A stretch of DNA of 63,223 nt, filler included, from Choristocarpus tenellus KU-1152 (taxonomy: Eukaryota > Protista > Phaeophyceae), in NCBI GenBank assembly GCA_964200185.2. It is 13 parts of 13 records of this genome, joined end to end, with 100 filler letters (N's around TTAATTAATTAA, not from the genome) between each part and the next. Parts side by side here need not be neighbours in the genome. Positions count along the whole stretch, not along the records: positions 9,669 to 13,514 come from CAXNAD020017597.1; positions 13,615 to 18,732 come from CAXNAD020011815.1; positions 18,833 to 22,971 come from CAXNAD020016023.1; positions 23,072 to 28,857 come from CAXNAD020009758.1; 9 more parts are not named here. The stretch is one strand, 5' to 3'. The notes beneath the pieces are model-generated. The model saw nothing but the letters and a program-made list of their open reading frames with translations, made no database searches and was not told the origin of the DNA. The translations under genes were made by a program, and so were the position numbers. Positions within the stretch are counted from its first letter, which is position 1. Every line of letters starts with the position of its first letter. Below are positions 10,846 through 23,225 of this stretch, piece after piece.

Positions 10846-13714
10846 TTTCAGGTTCTGGTTGTTTCGCAAACCGCATGGAGTCGGTTACACGTACGAATTG
10901 TACATGGTGAACGATCGTCCATCATTGCTCCTCGCATCATACCAATAAAAATCTGTACACCAAACAACGATAATCAGCGAACAAAAAAAAAACAACGCAC
11001 ATAATTTCATTTATACAAGAACCACTTTTTTCGGTATCTACATGTACTGTATAATAGGGAGGTGGATCCAAGAACGCAAAAATAGACGGCATGAAATGAC
11101 GGACGTCGATCACTACACCAGACAGGAAGGAACAGACAGCCCACCTCCATCACACCTCCTCTCACACCCATCATCCGCACTGTTGGTTGGCTACCTGTTA
11201 ATTACTGCCTTGCTCGCGCTACACGCCGCAACCTTACCTATTCAATAAACCAACAAGAAAATAACAACAATGTACCTCCTGTCCGGATCGTTTGTTACCT
11301 CTCTGTTACGAAAAGAAATTGCACCTTCCTCCTTAAGCCAAGCATGAGCTCATACAGATGCTTCGCAGAACAATAAACAGCATCCGCAAAGGAAGAATGC
11401 AGGGGTGGCGGACACATGAATAGATAGATACGACTTTTTATCAACAAGAAAATTACTCGTCACTGGCGGTACTGTACGTCTCATGCCCACAACCAGAACC
11501 AACAAGAATACGCAGATAATTGAATGTCCCTTCACTCGCTTAGACTAGCCCACCCGCCAATTTTCAAGGTCCAAGCCAGTCCCTACGCCACAGCACCTGG
11601 CAAAGGAGAACAAAACCTTTGATGAGCTTGGACCACACTTCCATTCACCACCGTGGTAAGCACATACACACACATGCTCAATGCCTGTTGCCGACCAACC
11701 ATTACCATGCCCAACGTAAGGGGTAAAGAGAAGGAGGACGAAGAAGTCAACCACCCCAGCAAGGACATCGATCACAACAGGGTACAAACTAAGTGTGTCC
11801 ATTGCAATGGCTGGGTAATCACGAACCAAGCGATGCCACTGCGCATAAAAAACGTAAAAGCTCATACCACCATAACGCACTACCCTTGTGCAAAACCCTT
11901 TCATGTGGAAATTCAAGACGCGTGCGTACCTGCGTCTCACTCAACAAAAAAAGAATTGACACACAAAAGGTACAACAGCAAAAAAACCCAAAAAGTGCAT
12001 ACATTTACGTATGTATGTGTGTGTGTGTATTTTTTTATTTGTATACATAGACACAAGTGCACTCACAACACAAGAACGCCAATTCCCACTGCACTATCTG
12101 CGCTTTCCCTGAGGTTCGACTACATTCAAAATAAATAAAAAAAAGCTCACCGCTTCGATCGTAAAAAGAAAAACAAACATTTCACACTCTCGGGGGTCTT
12201 GAATGTACCATAGAGGAAAGAAGCTCCTGCTTCTGACCAAGAGAGAGAGAGAGAGAGAGACCCTTCGCGACTTTTCCAAGGGCCCCTTAGGATGGGTCTA
12301 GGTCAGTGACGGTAGAGGTGCAAAGAGGTTCCTCCGGGTAACAAGCAAGAAGTCAAAACAACCACAAAAAAGAGCCAGCTTACTTACAAAAAAAGAAGTC
12401 CCGAAAACGAAACGGAAACAGTCCAAATGCGTAACAGGGGAACCGGCCACAACTGCAACAACCATCTACCTGTGCCAGGTTCTGTAATGATCCTCATGTG
12501 AACTTTGCTTGATACTGTGAACTACTCTAGTTCACCGCACAAATGGTGACATGGAACAAACTAGGATTCGATCAAGCCGTCACTTTCCGCTCCATAGCAG
12601 AGACCTACAAAGGTGGACAGGACATTTCAAATTAATTTGTCTGCGCCCCTCCTAAGCGATCACACACCCAGCACCTTGGCTCAAGACCCCCAGGACGAAC
12701 TTTGTTTTCCCATCGTTTGACCGCACCAAGCAACAGAAGCAGCCAGGAGCCAAAACCAGCAGGGAGTGAATCAAGAAGGAGATCAAGGACAAGAACCAAT
12801 GAAAAAAAAGGTTCACCGGACACCGGATTCCCTCCAAGCAGTCCACAACAGTCCCTTCACCTCAGGAAAGGCACTACAAAAAAATAGGGACTGACCATCC
12901 ATCGTCCATGACAACACAACAACAACTTACACCAATACTCACCCAACACAGCCCTGCCACTGCATAAAAAACAAAAAAAGAAACACCTACCCTCCCTATC
13001 AACCTCCCCTCCGCCCCACCCCCTCAACACACGCACACACACACACACCGATCACAATTTTTCAAACCACTTCCCCAGTGCAAATCGCTGCTAACAATGG
13101 TGACAGTCAGCAACAGTGGAGGCAACCAGCCACCTTAAAACGCACTAGGTAGTGGGCCCTTCTTGACGACAACCTTGTCGGCCAGGAGGGGCATGCTCCA
13201 AGTTCCTCACCATTTTTTTCAGCCAACAAAGGCCAACGGCAATAACTTCAACAAACAACACCACCTTCACACATGTACACCAACCCTAACCAAAGCTACC
13301 ACTTTCATCCCCATCCCCACCATAAAGTAACTACAACAACTACCCCTCACCAACAGGCAGGTAAACAAGCAACGACTCTCAACCCTTCCCCTCTCCCCAG
13401 ACCGTGTGCCCACATATGAACCCAACAATGCAGGAGTGCACACACACAATGACACACACTGGCACACACTGACACACCATCAAAGAATAATATGTCATAC
13501 CTCACCCCCACCCCNNNNNNNNNNNNNNNNNNNNNNNNNNNNNNNNNNNNNNNNNNNNTTAATTAATTAANNNNNNNNNNNNNNNNNNNNNNNNNNNNNN
13601 NNNNNNNNNNNNNNCAACCTCTACATACATACATCCATCCCCATACATAGATACCTTCTTTCCCCCCCCCCCCCCCCGACCCTGCCCCTTCTTCTTTCCA
13701 TACATTCTGCCCAC

Positions 13715-16700
13715 CTGGTGAGTAGTTTAACTGCAGCCTTGGTTTTCCCCAGCAACGACTGCGTCCACCCCATGCTCACAACCACAAGCAAGGTGGATGG
13801 ATGGGTCTCTCCTAACATCCTAGTCCTGACCTCTAATGCTAATCCAAGCTCCTCTTCAGCCACTTCATAGAACCCCAAAATGGCCAGGTGCAAGAAACCA
13901 ATGTTGTAGTGGTAGGCTGAAATCACTAACTCATCCAGCGGCAGTTTTGTCTCGTTCCCCCTCTCACCCCCTTGTCCCAGCTTCATTGCCTGCAGGTTAT
14001 GTCCAGGCGTCAAAACAAGGGGTGAAAACACAGGAGGAGCATGTTGTACATGTCCACCTGTACCTCCCACTAATGTATGTATCTATACATATACACACTG
14101 TAGATACACACAAAAGAGGTTATAAAAAGAGCAATACATTGGCACAAGTAAAATAGAGACTGCTGGTGTTTGTGTGCCTGAGAGAGGGGAGGGGCAGAAG
14201 CAGGGGCAAGAGGATTTGAAACAGGGAGAAAAATTGACTATATTGGGTGGGGAGCAATGCTTCAAATATAAGCATACAACCCGATGGCCACCCACTAATC
14301 CGGAAATTTCCATCTACCGCTGACTAGGAAATTGCCAGTCAACACACCAATATGACGATATGTCTTTACCTCTGAATGGTACAAGCAATTCCATACATAA
14401 CATCAACAGTTTTTCTCTTAGTCATACTGTACTGCCAGTAAATCGAAACCCGATTCTAAATGTTGGGGAGAGGGTGGCTCGTGGAAGGAAAGGAAAGAGT
14501 TTTTAACCAGGGAAGTGATCCCACACAGCAACCAAACAATTCAACATTGGACCACAATCACCACCTCCACTTGGAACTCTGAGTTTGTAAAGGGATGGGA
14601 GCTATCTATACGTAACTAGCAGAGTATTCCAAGAAGACAGTTCCCTTCTCTCTTGCTATGTACAGGTTTGACTACCCTTAACAAAAATGGTATGGCACTT
14701 TCTTTCATGGTCATCACCTATTCACTATCTCGACATGCTGGTCCGGTGTGCTACCAATATATTCTAGCAGGACTAGATCATGCCTGTCAACTGTTACAAC
14801 ATATCTGGACCACAGGCCAGTCTGCAGCCATGATCCAGACTCTGGCCATGCTAACAATAGGGCTGATGAAAAGGCTTAGTTCTAGTCAAAGGGAAAAAAA
14901 GTTTTTCCACTTTTGTTGGAAGGGGAGGCTACGTAATTTTGAGTACACAAATGCAGTGGCTTTCAGCTTTGTTTAATTAGGTAATCAGTTCAGGTGGTGG
15001 TATGGTATGGTATGGTAAAAATAATCGTTTGACAGTATATGTGGAATTACTTGTACCACCCATAGATATCATAATATCATACCACTCAGCAGACAAAACA
15101 TGTATCATGATTTCATACTCAGCAGACAGAGTAGATTTCTGGATTAGATGGTGCCACTCCAACCGGTTTAACCAACACATTGGTGTCTATGAAATACGAA
15201 ATTATGATGCTTTTCAGCCTTAATCACTACTTTACAACTGCAGAGTTCTTGTTAAACGATGGATTCTTTTTCAAGCAATGCATACAAAGAAACTACTCAG
15301 AGTGGGGGAGTTGGGGAGCAAGAGAGTTACAATACACCACCCCACACTTTGGTCTGCTACTAAAAAAACATAAATCAACACCACAAAAAGAAAGAAGGGG
15401 GCACAATCAATATGTATCAGCTCAATTCAGAGGGGAATTAGGAGTCCAGCAATCCCACTGCAAAATGCTGCCCAGCATGGCCCCCTCTGCAGTCCCTCTT
15501 GACGAGCAATCGGTGCCAAAAACAGCCCTTAGCAGCACACTTGATTGTTATTCACCAGTTGAGAAAAATAGAAATATGCACCCAGCATGGCCATTGTCCA
15601 TGATTCCTACAACTCACACTCACTGTCCTAATTTAATCCTCGCAATATAACACTGCATAGCAAAAGTGCATAAAATATCAAGCTACAAATAAGCAACATG
15701 AGTGCATAGTTGCTTCCCTTCCCCACCCAGCCTCTTCCTTGCCTTGGTTTACGTGAACCCACTAAAGTGAGTAATGCAGGCTTGTACAGTGCAAAACGAT
15801 ATGTTCACACTTGGGACAAGATGCTTTGTGTTGGTTATCCCCCAATCAATGCTTGTAAATTGAAAAAATAATTTCTGAATCATGGTCAGGTTTTCAAAAT
15901 ATTATAATACGGTACACACAAACTTGTCCCTGAAGATGCTGCTAACCCTGTCAACACTATCAGTGCTGCAGGCAGGTTTCCATTTCATACGTCAGATCTA
16001 AGATGTAGCATGCAGCTTTGTGATCTTAAAAGACCGTTCAAAAAAAAAAACGTTTCGACAGCAGAGGACGCATCTTTGAGACATGCAGAGATATCAATAA
16101 CTTGCAATATGATGCTTGTAGGCAACAGGTCTTGCCAATGACTTTGGAGAATGTTTGCTATCTGATCGACCGAGGATGAATTTTTAGGGGATTTATCACT
16201 TTTGGACAGGATGTACTAAGAAGTGCCATGCTTCCAAGCATCTAATCAACCTTCCTCTTTCTCTACACCCCTGCAAAAAAGGAGCGCTAAAGTTTCTTCA
16301 CAAACAAAAGTGTCATACGGTATGTTCAAAACACACAATGATACTGTAAATGTGTTCTCTAGTCCCAAATAGATAAACAGCTTCTTCCTATGGTAGTCAA
16401 AATGTGCTACATTTTTTTCAAGGTTGGATGAAGATACCAAGATATAATTTCACGGGGCTAGTTAAGGCTAGTACCCTCCTATTTTAGGGGAAAAGTCAAG
16501 ATATCACCAAATTGATCAGGCAATATCTTCATGGGGGAGGGAACAGATGAGCTCTCCCTAGCAACAAAGTAACTGCCAGATATGTCATGACATGTCCTGC
16601 GAAGAATGCAAGGCCTCCATTTAGAAACCATCATAATCTAGAAATACAAAAGGGTAAATGCACCAAGGGGGTAAACAAGAGGGATTTTGTACCTCCCTGA

Positions 16701-18271
16701 GGTACCCAGTTCAACACTGAAGGAGATTATAATGTAGAAGGCAGCAAAGAACAGTAAGCTGCAAAAAGATATTGAAACAAACCAATAAACTCTCCTTGCC
16801 TTCACACATTTTCCCCACAAGTGTTGTTTTCAAAGAGTGAGATCTGCACCTACCAATATAGGCACATGGGTCAAGGTACTTACTGTGAGTACAGTACTAT
16901 GCAGTATATACCAGGGCACCACACGGAATTACCAAATATTGCAAACAAATAAGGGACGACTTTTTTCTTCAGGGACGACAAGTTCTTCAAGGATAAGCGA
17001 CTTAATGTGCCAGGAAGGATCATCTTTCTTTCCAACCTCTCACCAAACTCTTCGTCCCTGTCCGTCTTCTCTCCCTGACCGACTCACCTCTTTCATTATC
17101 GCCTCTCCCTCCCATGGGCAATCCTTGACAAAATAACTCCATGCCAGGCGGTTGATTTCATCGATTGCTTGTGCAAAGACCAATTCATCACCACTTCCCT
17201 TAGCCTTTCCATCTTCCCTTCTGGAGTCCTGCTGGACCAACCCACGCACAAGAGCATCCACAACCTCTCCTGCCTTGGGAGCGGTCTCCATGCTGAGAGT
17301 GCTTCGCATTGCCTTCACCGACCTTCGTAGGGCATCTATTCCTGGAGCAATTCTACCCTATGATTTGAGGTGCGGTCGTTGTGGGTGGGCTTGGAGAGTA
17401 AGGACGGGGTCGAGTGAGGGCAGCAATTCAAAGGACTGGCAAGCTACAATAATGTTCAACCTGAGGACTGGAGAGGATGTATCAGCAAAGTTTGTTGATA
17501 CTTGGCAATAAAAAGATGTGGGGCATTCTCAGTATGTTCCCACTTATTTTTTCCAGTACAAAGTATACGGAATTAACCTTGTTCACTCCCTCGTTCTGAG
17601 AATGCATCAAGGTGACATTGCTTTGTACAGGTGGCCGAGTGAGGTATACGGGCGTGAATCAATTCAACGAATGCAATATCCCAATGACTAAATGCACCTT
17701 GGTAAGAAGAGACATGCCCTCTGCATGAAAGGTTTCTGCAAGGAAAAGTCGTGCTTTATTCTCCCCAACAACAGATTCAAGGATTTTCTCTGCTCGGGAG
17801 AAGGCCTTTCCTGCTCGTGTCGAGCTTCCAGTCCTCTCCAAGGCGTCCCCAAGAAGAAGTAAAGCCTTGGCAGCCTCCTCATCCTCCATCTTCGGGCCCA
17901 ACTAAGGAGGGATCCAGCATGGGGGGGGACAGGTACTGGTAAAAGTATCTCCATCAGTAACGGGACAAGTCATACCTGTTTAGATCTCAAGGGTATGAAG
18001 CACAAACCTTACGCTCGAACGACGCCACAGTCTTCTCTAGTCTCGCCACTTCATCCCAGTACTCCCCTATCCGAAGCAGAGCCTTCTCCTCTTCACCTAT
18101 AGCCTTCAATGACTCGTGGACAACGTCTACTTCCTTCTCTTGCCCCAAGCGCCCAGGTCGCTTCGCTTCTGCACGAATTACCCAGTCGGGAAGGGCATGG
18201 CATGGCATGGTGATTCCGACCAAGACAAGTTCGAGCATCGCTGCTACGACGAAAAGACATCCTAACCTCAT
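13715..18271 (-). CDS. Signal-peptide-bearing tetratricopeptide repeat (TPR, kinesin-light-chain-like) protein, partial
   Basis: Exons 18271-18008 (hydrophobic N-terminus MRLGCLFVVAAMLELVLVG), 17901-17698, 17357-17088 and 13989-13715 (AEEELGLALEVRTRMLGETHPST, TPR_10/12-like). Exons 1-3 join in phase 0. Extra small exons between 17088 and 13989 are likely but unresolved. Confidence 0.75.
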
Positions 18272-18968
18272 CTACCTCTAAGATGGCCAAGCCTACTTCC
18301 TGGCTAATACGATCTCGACTAACCCTCTTATCGCATAAAGGTACTATTGTTCCCTCTTGTGAAATTGTTGACTTCTTTCAACCCTTCAATAATCCTTCTT
18401 TTCGTCTAGCGACCTCAGCATGTATCAGAATCAGAACCTATTAATAAAGAAGTGGATACAAAACTTGAAAACTGTTGGAATGCAGTAACATAAGAACGAT
18501 TTTAAGATATGGTCAGAGAGTATAATAATGAAATAATATGGTGAACAATGTGGTTTAAGGTAAGACGGCGTTGGATTGATGACGTCGTACACATCACACT
18601 GATCGCGAGTAGTTTCTGTAACAAAATCACATTACTGTATATTTATTATTATGCCCTCTGTGACGGACAGGTCACTTCGGGAGCTGATCTTAGTCCAAAT
18701 ACACATCCGCGCGCACACACAAAGGTATTGCGNNNNNNNNNNNNNNNNNNNNNNNNNNNNNNNNNNNNNNNNNNNNTTAATTAATTAANNNNNNNNNNNN
18801 NNNNNNNNNNNNNNNNNNNNNNNNNNNNNNNNGGGTTCCAAGTAAGGTTATGTCAACAGAGAGTAAGTATATATATATATATTTGTTGAGGGTGTCTGAT
18901 GACAGCGACAACTACCCTCACCTTTGTGTGTAGCAGCAGCTACAACCACCTTAAATGGTAGTTTTCAG

Positions 18969-20602
18969 ACCTGACTCACTTCGTGATTGCCCAAGAAGCA
19001 CTGAAGCAAACCTGCTCCAGGTGATGAGAATGTATTTTGTAGTACTTCGGAACGTGAAGGAGCGAGGTTCTTTAGCCAATGAAGACTCCTATGAGGTGCA
19101 TTGAAGTATGTGTGTTGCCCTTGCTGTGATCTCATTGGCACTAACTACTCCAGTGTAGTTATGTTTCTCCACTAATCTTATCTCATCTATAGAGTCAAAA
19201 TATCTTAGAGGGTAGAGCCGTGTCCATTGGGGACCAAAATCCAATGTTGCAATTTTGATCTTATCTCATCTATAGAGTCAAAATATCTTAGAGGGTAGAG
19301 CCGTGTCCATTGGGGACCAAAATCCAATGTTACAATTTTGATGTGATCTTTGCTTTCATTTTTGTTAGGAAGTGTCAATATCCTTGTTCCGGACACTCTT
19401 TTTCATAACGTATACATTTTACCTACTTCGAAATATATTGGAGTAGGTAAAATGTCATTAAAAACCCGTGGGAAGCTATTCCGCAAATGGACAAACAGGG
19501 AAAAAAACTCGTACCCTCTGAGATGCTTTTACTCCTACAGCTTTTCTCTTACTGCTCTTTGATATGTTTCCCTGTCCCTTGAATACATGATCTATTTTTT
19601 TTGTACGGGTGTGTTTGCCTGGGTGGTTGTCCTCCTGTGAGGCAGGAGGTGGCGTCCTCGACATTGAGGGGCGCAGTGGCAAAAGAGGCCACTGCGACAA
19701 AACGTCGAAGGCGTGTAAAGGGGATCATTGCCCTCAGGTGAGCTACACCAGGAGACCCAGATCAAATACTTCCAACTCTTAAATGCCATACATCGTTTTG
19801 TTCAAGGCCAGCACCTCCCAACCCCTTCAACCTACGTGCGTGTTCCACACAGGAACGATCCGAACTATAGAGAGATGCATGTAAAAAAAAACACACACAC
19901 ACACACACACATAGATACAGATATACGCAGAGTGCACACATTTTCAAGGCGGTCGTCGTGGAGGCATAGGCCACACTCGGTAACCAATAAAAAAAAAAAA
20001 ACGGCGTATGACTTCATGCTTTTTGACAGAAGCATATACCATACGTTTCATGGCACACAGCTTAATCTCATCCCTCCCGCTGACTTCCCACTATTTTTCA
20101 GGCGATTTATGAAAATTTCTGAGCTGAAGCGCAAAGCGGACGCCTTGGCAAGGTGGCGTCTGCTTCCTCCCCGGAGAAGGACTGTTGCAATAGCCAATGT
20201 CTCTTTACCCCTACCAGCTTCGACTCAGTCTCCAGTTGTAACTCCTGCCCCTGCCCCTACTCCAGCTGCTGCACCTCTGCAAGCCCCAGCCTTGAAGAAG
20301 CACTGGGGGCTTGAGGAAGCTCTGACCGCTATACACAGGTGAGTTAGAGCATGGTAGTAGAGGATTGTTCTTGGGGTCATCCTCCCCAAGAATTTATGGC
20401 AAATGTGGTATTCAGAGCGAGTTCAAGACTGCATTTGTTGTACCTGCTTTTGAAGAGTAGGTGAAACAGTCCACAAATAGTGGAATGACATTTAAAGGTA
20501 TGCCGTCTTTATCCTCTCTACTTCAGAAAGTTGGGATTCTTGTTCCCTCTACAAAATAGAACTCAAATTTCTTCACTTTTGCACTACCCACGACACCCCC
20601 TG

Positions 20603-20666
<64 letters not shown>

Positions 20667-22541
20667 TTATGTTTTCAGTGGCACCGGCACCAGTTGTGAT
20701 TGATCAAAATGGGACTCTTTGAAAGCATGTTACCATATTGGCCATCATAACCATAGTCATACATTTACCTTTTTCGTATGTAGCACCTAAACAGGAATCC
20801 AACTACTCACTATTATTCTCGGCAATGGAGGAGCATCTCTCTGTTCTTCCCTGCTAAATGCCTGGGCACCTCAAACTTCGTGTAGCTCCGCATCCATTGC
20901 TGTGACCTTACTCCACGACAATGTCGCCTGCTTCATCTGCCCTATGACACTGCCTTGTGTACTCGATCAATCAACCCTAGGAGAGCAGATATGGCCGCAC
21001 AGGATTCCTGTCCATCCCCTGGTCCCCTTGACAACGACCTATCAGGCCGAGAGCATTATGTTCGCATGGCCTCTGGAAAAGAGATTCGGTCCAGGTTCCA
21101 AGTGCTGCCAGAACAGGTGCAACATTGTGCTCAAGAATGTGTTGGCCCCCACTCCATGCCATTCCCCACATTGTTAAGGCTATTTCTTCCTTTGCTCTCT
21201 TTTTCCTCCTCGCACCCTGCATCATGCCGTCAATCCCTTGTTCTTTTTGCTCCTTTGCTGCCCTGGCTATTCATTTGGCCCCTACACTCTCCTGTGTTGG
21301 TGCATACTATGTGCCAAGGCGACTCAGGTGTCTTGACGTTTGATTTGAAGCACTGTCTGAATATCCTGAAGCACGATTTCATTTCCACTGACACAAGGAC
21401 ACCGTGACACAGTCTTGAACAGCGCACTTTTTGAATGCCTTACAGGTACACTACGTTGGTGCACACTTGCCAACACATATGTTGATTGTCTTTTGCCTTC
21501 CGATTGGGTGTGTCCATGGTATGGCTCAACATTCCAGGGTGCTTGGTATCTTCCCCCCAATATGGAAAAGGACTCTTGGTCCCCCTCCTAAATGCATCTC
21601 CAACCACGAATAAATGTACTTCTGACCCTGAGCCTTTCCTTGACTCTTGCACTGAACCTTACTCCTGTCTTGATTCTGCCTGGCTAACTTCCTGGATGAG
21701 GGACTGATAGGTCCCACATTGACCCCAATGCTGCCTCTGTCTACGTGGCTATGAAAGTTGATGACATGGTAGTACTTCTCTGTGGGACACCAACAATCCC
21801 TCCTTTCATTATTGCCTGTTGATGCCTATCAGGCGTTTGGGTTTTTTATTTGCTATGCTGCCAAAGCTTTACCAACCTTTTTGCCCTTAGCATGACTTTA
21901 ATTAACCCTTGGTGGCATGGTCTTATTCTTTCCGCTGACACAACAACACGGGTTGATACTCGGATCTGTCCATTAAACCTATGCATTGAAAAATGTACTA
22001 TTAGTACTATTATTGATGCCATTGTTGGTCACATTAGTCTGAGGGATCCTAGACCCATGGTCGAAAAGGTTGTCCAAAGAAGGCAATACATACTCTGCTC
22101 GAGGAAAGGATGCAAGGACCACGAAAAAGAAAATACAGCAGTAGAAAAAAAGAAGAAAAAAGAAATGGAAGAATAGCGCCCTCAGGAGAAAAATGTCTTC
22201 ACCCCAAAATTGCGGACTCTTGCGTTACCCCCCCCTCATCCATCAGCTTATCGCCCTATCCCCACTTTGAACCGACTCCTGAAAAAGGATTATTACTTGG
22301 TGTCTAAACTCGACATTGATCACAATCTGGACTCAGACTCTGAACATATCGCTTTTGCTGGACGCATTATGATGGAACTGATCCCAGGAGAATCTCAGGT
22401 CCATTCTCAGACACTTTTTTCTTGTGTGTCGTTGTCTTTATCCTGAATCTTGGATGCAAAAATACTTTGCCTCCGTTGTTGATTCAAGGTGGAAGCGGCC
22501 ATGGTGAGGGTGACTGCTGAGCTTCAGGAGAGGGGTCGGAA
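18969..22541 (+). CDS. Internal exons of an unidentified protein-coding gene (basic and Pro/Ala-rich segments)
   Basis: Phase-consistent exons 18969-19020, 19646-19737, 20102-20338 (donors GTGATG, GTGAGC, GTGAGT). Probable later exons 22288-22398 and 22489-22541 join each other but need an unidentified bridging exon. Confidence 0.5.
19175..19534 (+). mobile_element. MITE family A copy (19275-19534) with an 83-bp tandem duplication of its 5' end plus flank
   Basis: TIR GAGTCAAAATATCTTAGAGGGTA ... TACCCTCTGAGATGCTTTTACTC. 19175-19257 is repeated from 19258. Confidence 0.85.
20606..20662. repeat. (GT)n microsatellite
   Basis: About 28 consecutive GT units. Confidence 0.95.
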
Positions 22542-23225
22542 GTGAGTGCATGTTGAATCGTGAAGTGAATCAGGTGTGGAAATACTTGGGCTGGGGTGAG
22601 CGAATAGGTTGTGGCTCAATTTGTAGTAGTGCCTTTAACTGTTTCGATTTGAAGCGTAATTTTGCTGGTTGAGCATTGTAGGGCTAGTGAACTGGAATAT
22701 GATACAGGTAACCTCTACAAACATTTGTCCTGATGTGGAGTTCTGAGAACAATTGGCGCATAACATGTATTTGTTGTCTGATGGGTTAATTTGTGTTTTG
22801 ATCATGGTAGGTACATGCATTGGGCAGCAAACCATGCCAAACAAGACTCTTGCAACTATTTCGCAGCACTTCGGGAACTCACCCCCCCCCCCCTCCTAAA
22901 GTCAAACAACTCTACCCAACCATCTGCCATGTTGTGTTTCAGGCTTGAACAAAGTACAATGGTGTTGGGACNNNNNNNNNNNNNNNNNNNNNNNNNNNNN
23001 NNNNNNNNNNNNNNNTTAATTAATTAANNNNNNNNNNNNNNNNNNNNNNNNNNNNNNNNNNNNNNNNNNNNAAACGAAGAAGAAAGGGGGGGGGGGGGGG
23101 AGGGGCAGGGGGCGGGCGGAGCCCCCCCCGCCCCCCCCCCCCCCGCACCTAAAAAAAAAGAATTTAAAATTGGAATGAGAAGTGATCGTTCATTTCAGGA
23201 AGGCCCTTCGAGGGATCTACCTCAC

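Noticed and set aside
11569-12887. Possible plus-strand exons (11569-11655; ~12739-12893) and ORF 11653-12138
   Set aside because: No recognisable protein and no phase-linked partner exons; composition looks like UTR or intergenic sequence.
20850-21850. Possible decayed non-LTR or tyrosine-recombinase element in an intron
   Set aside because: Only faint motif resemblance; cannot be supported without a search.
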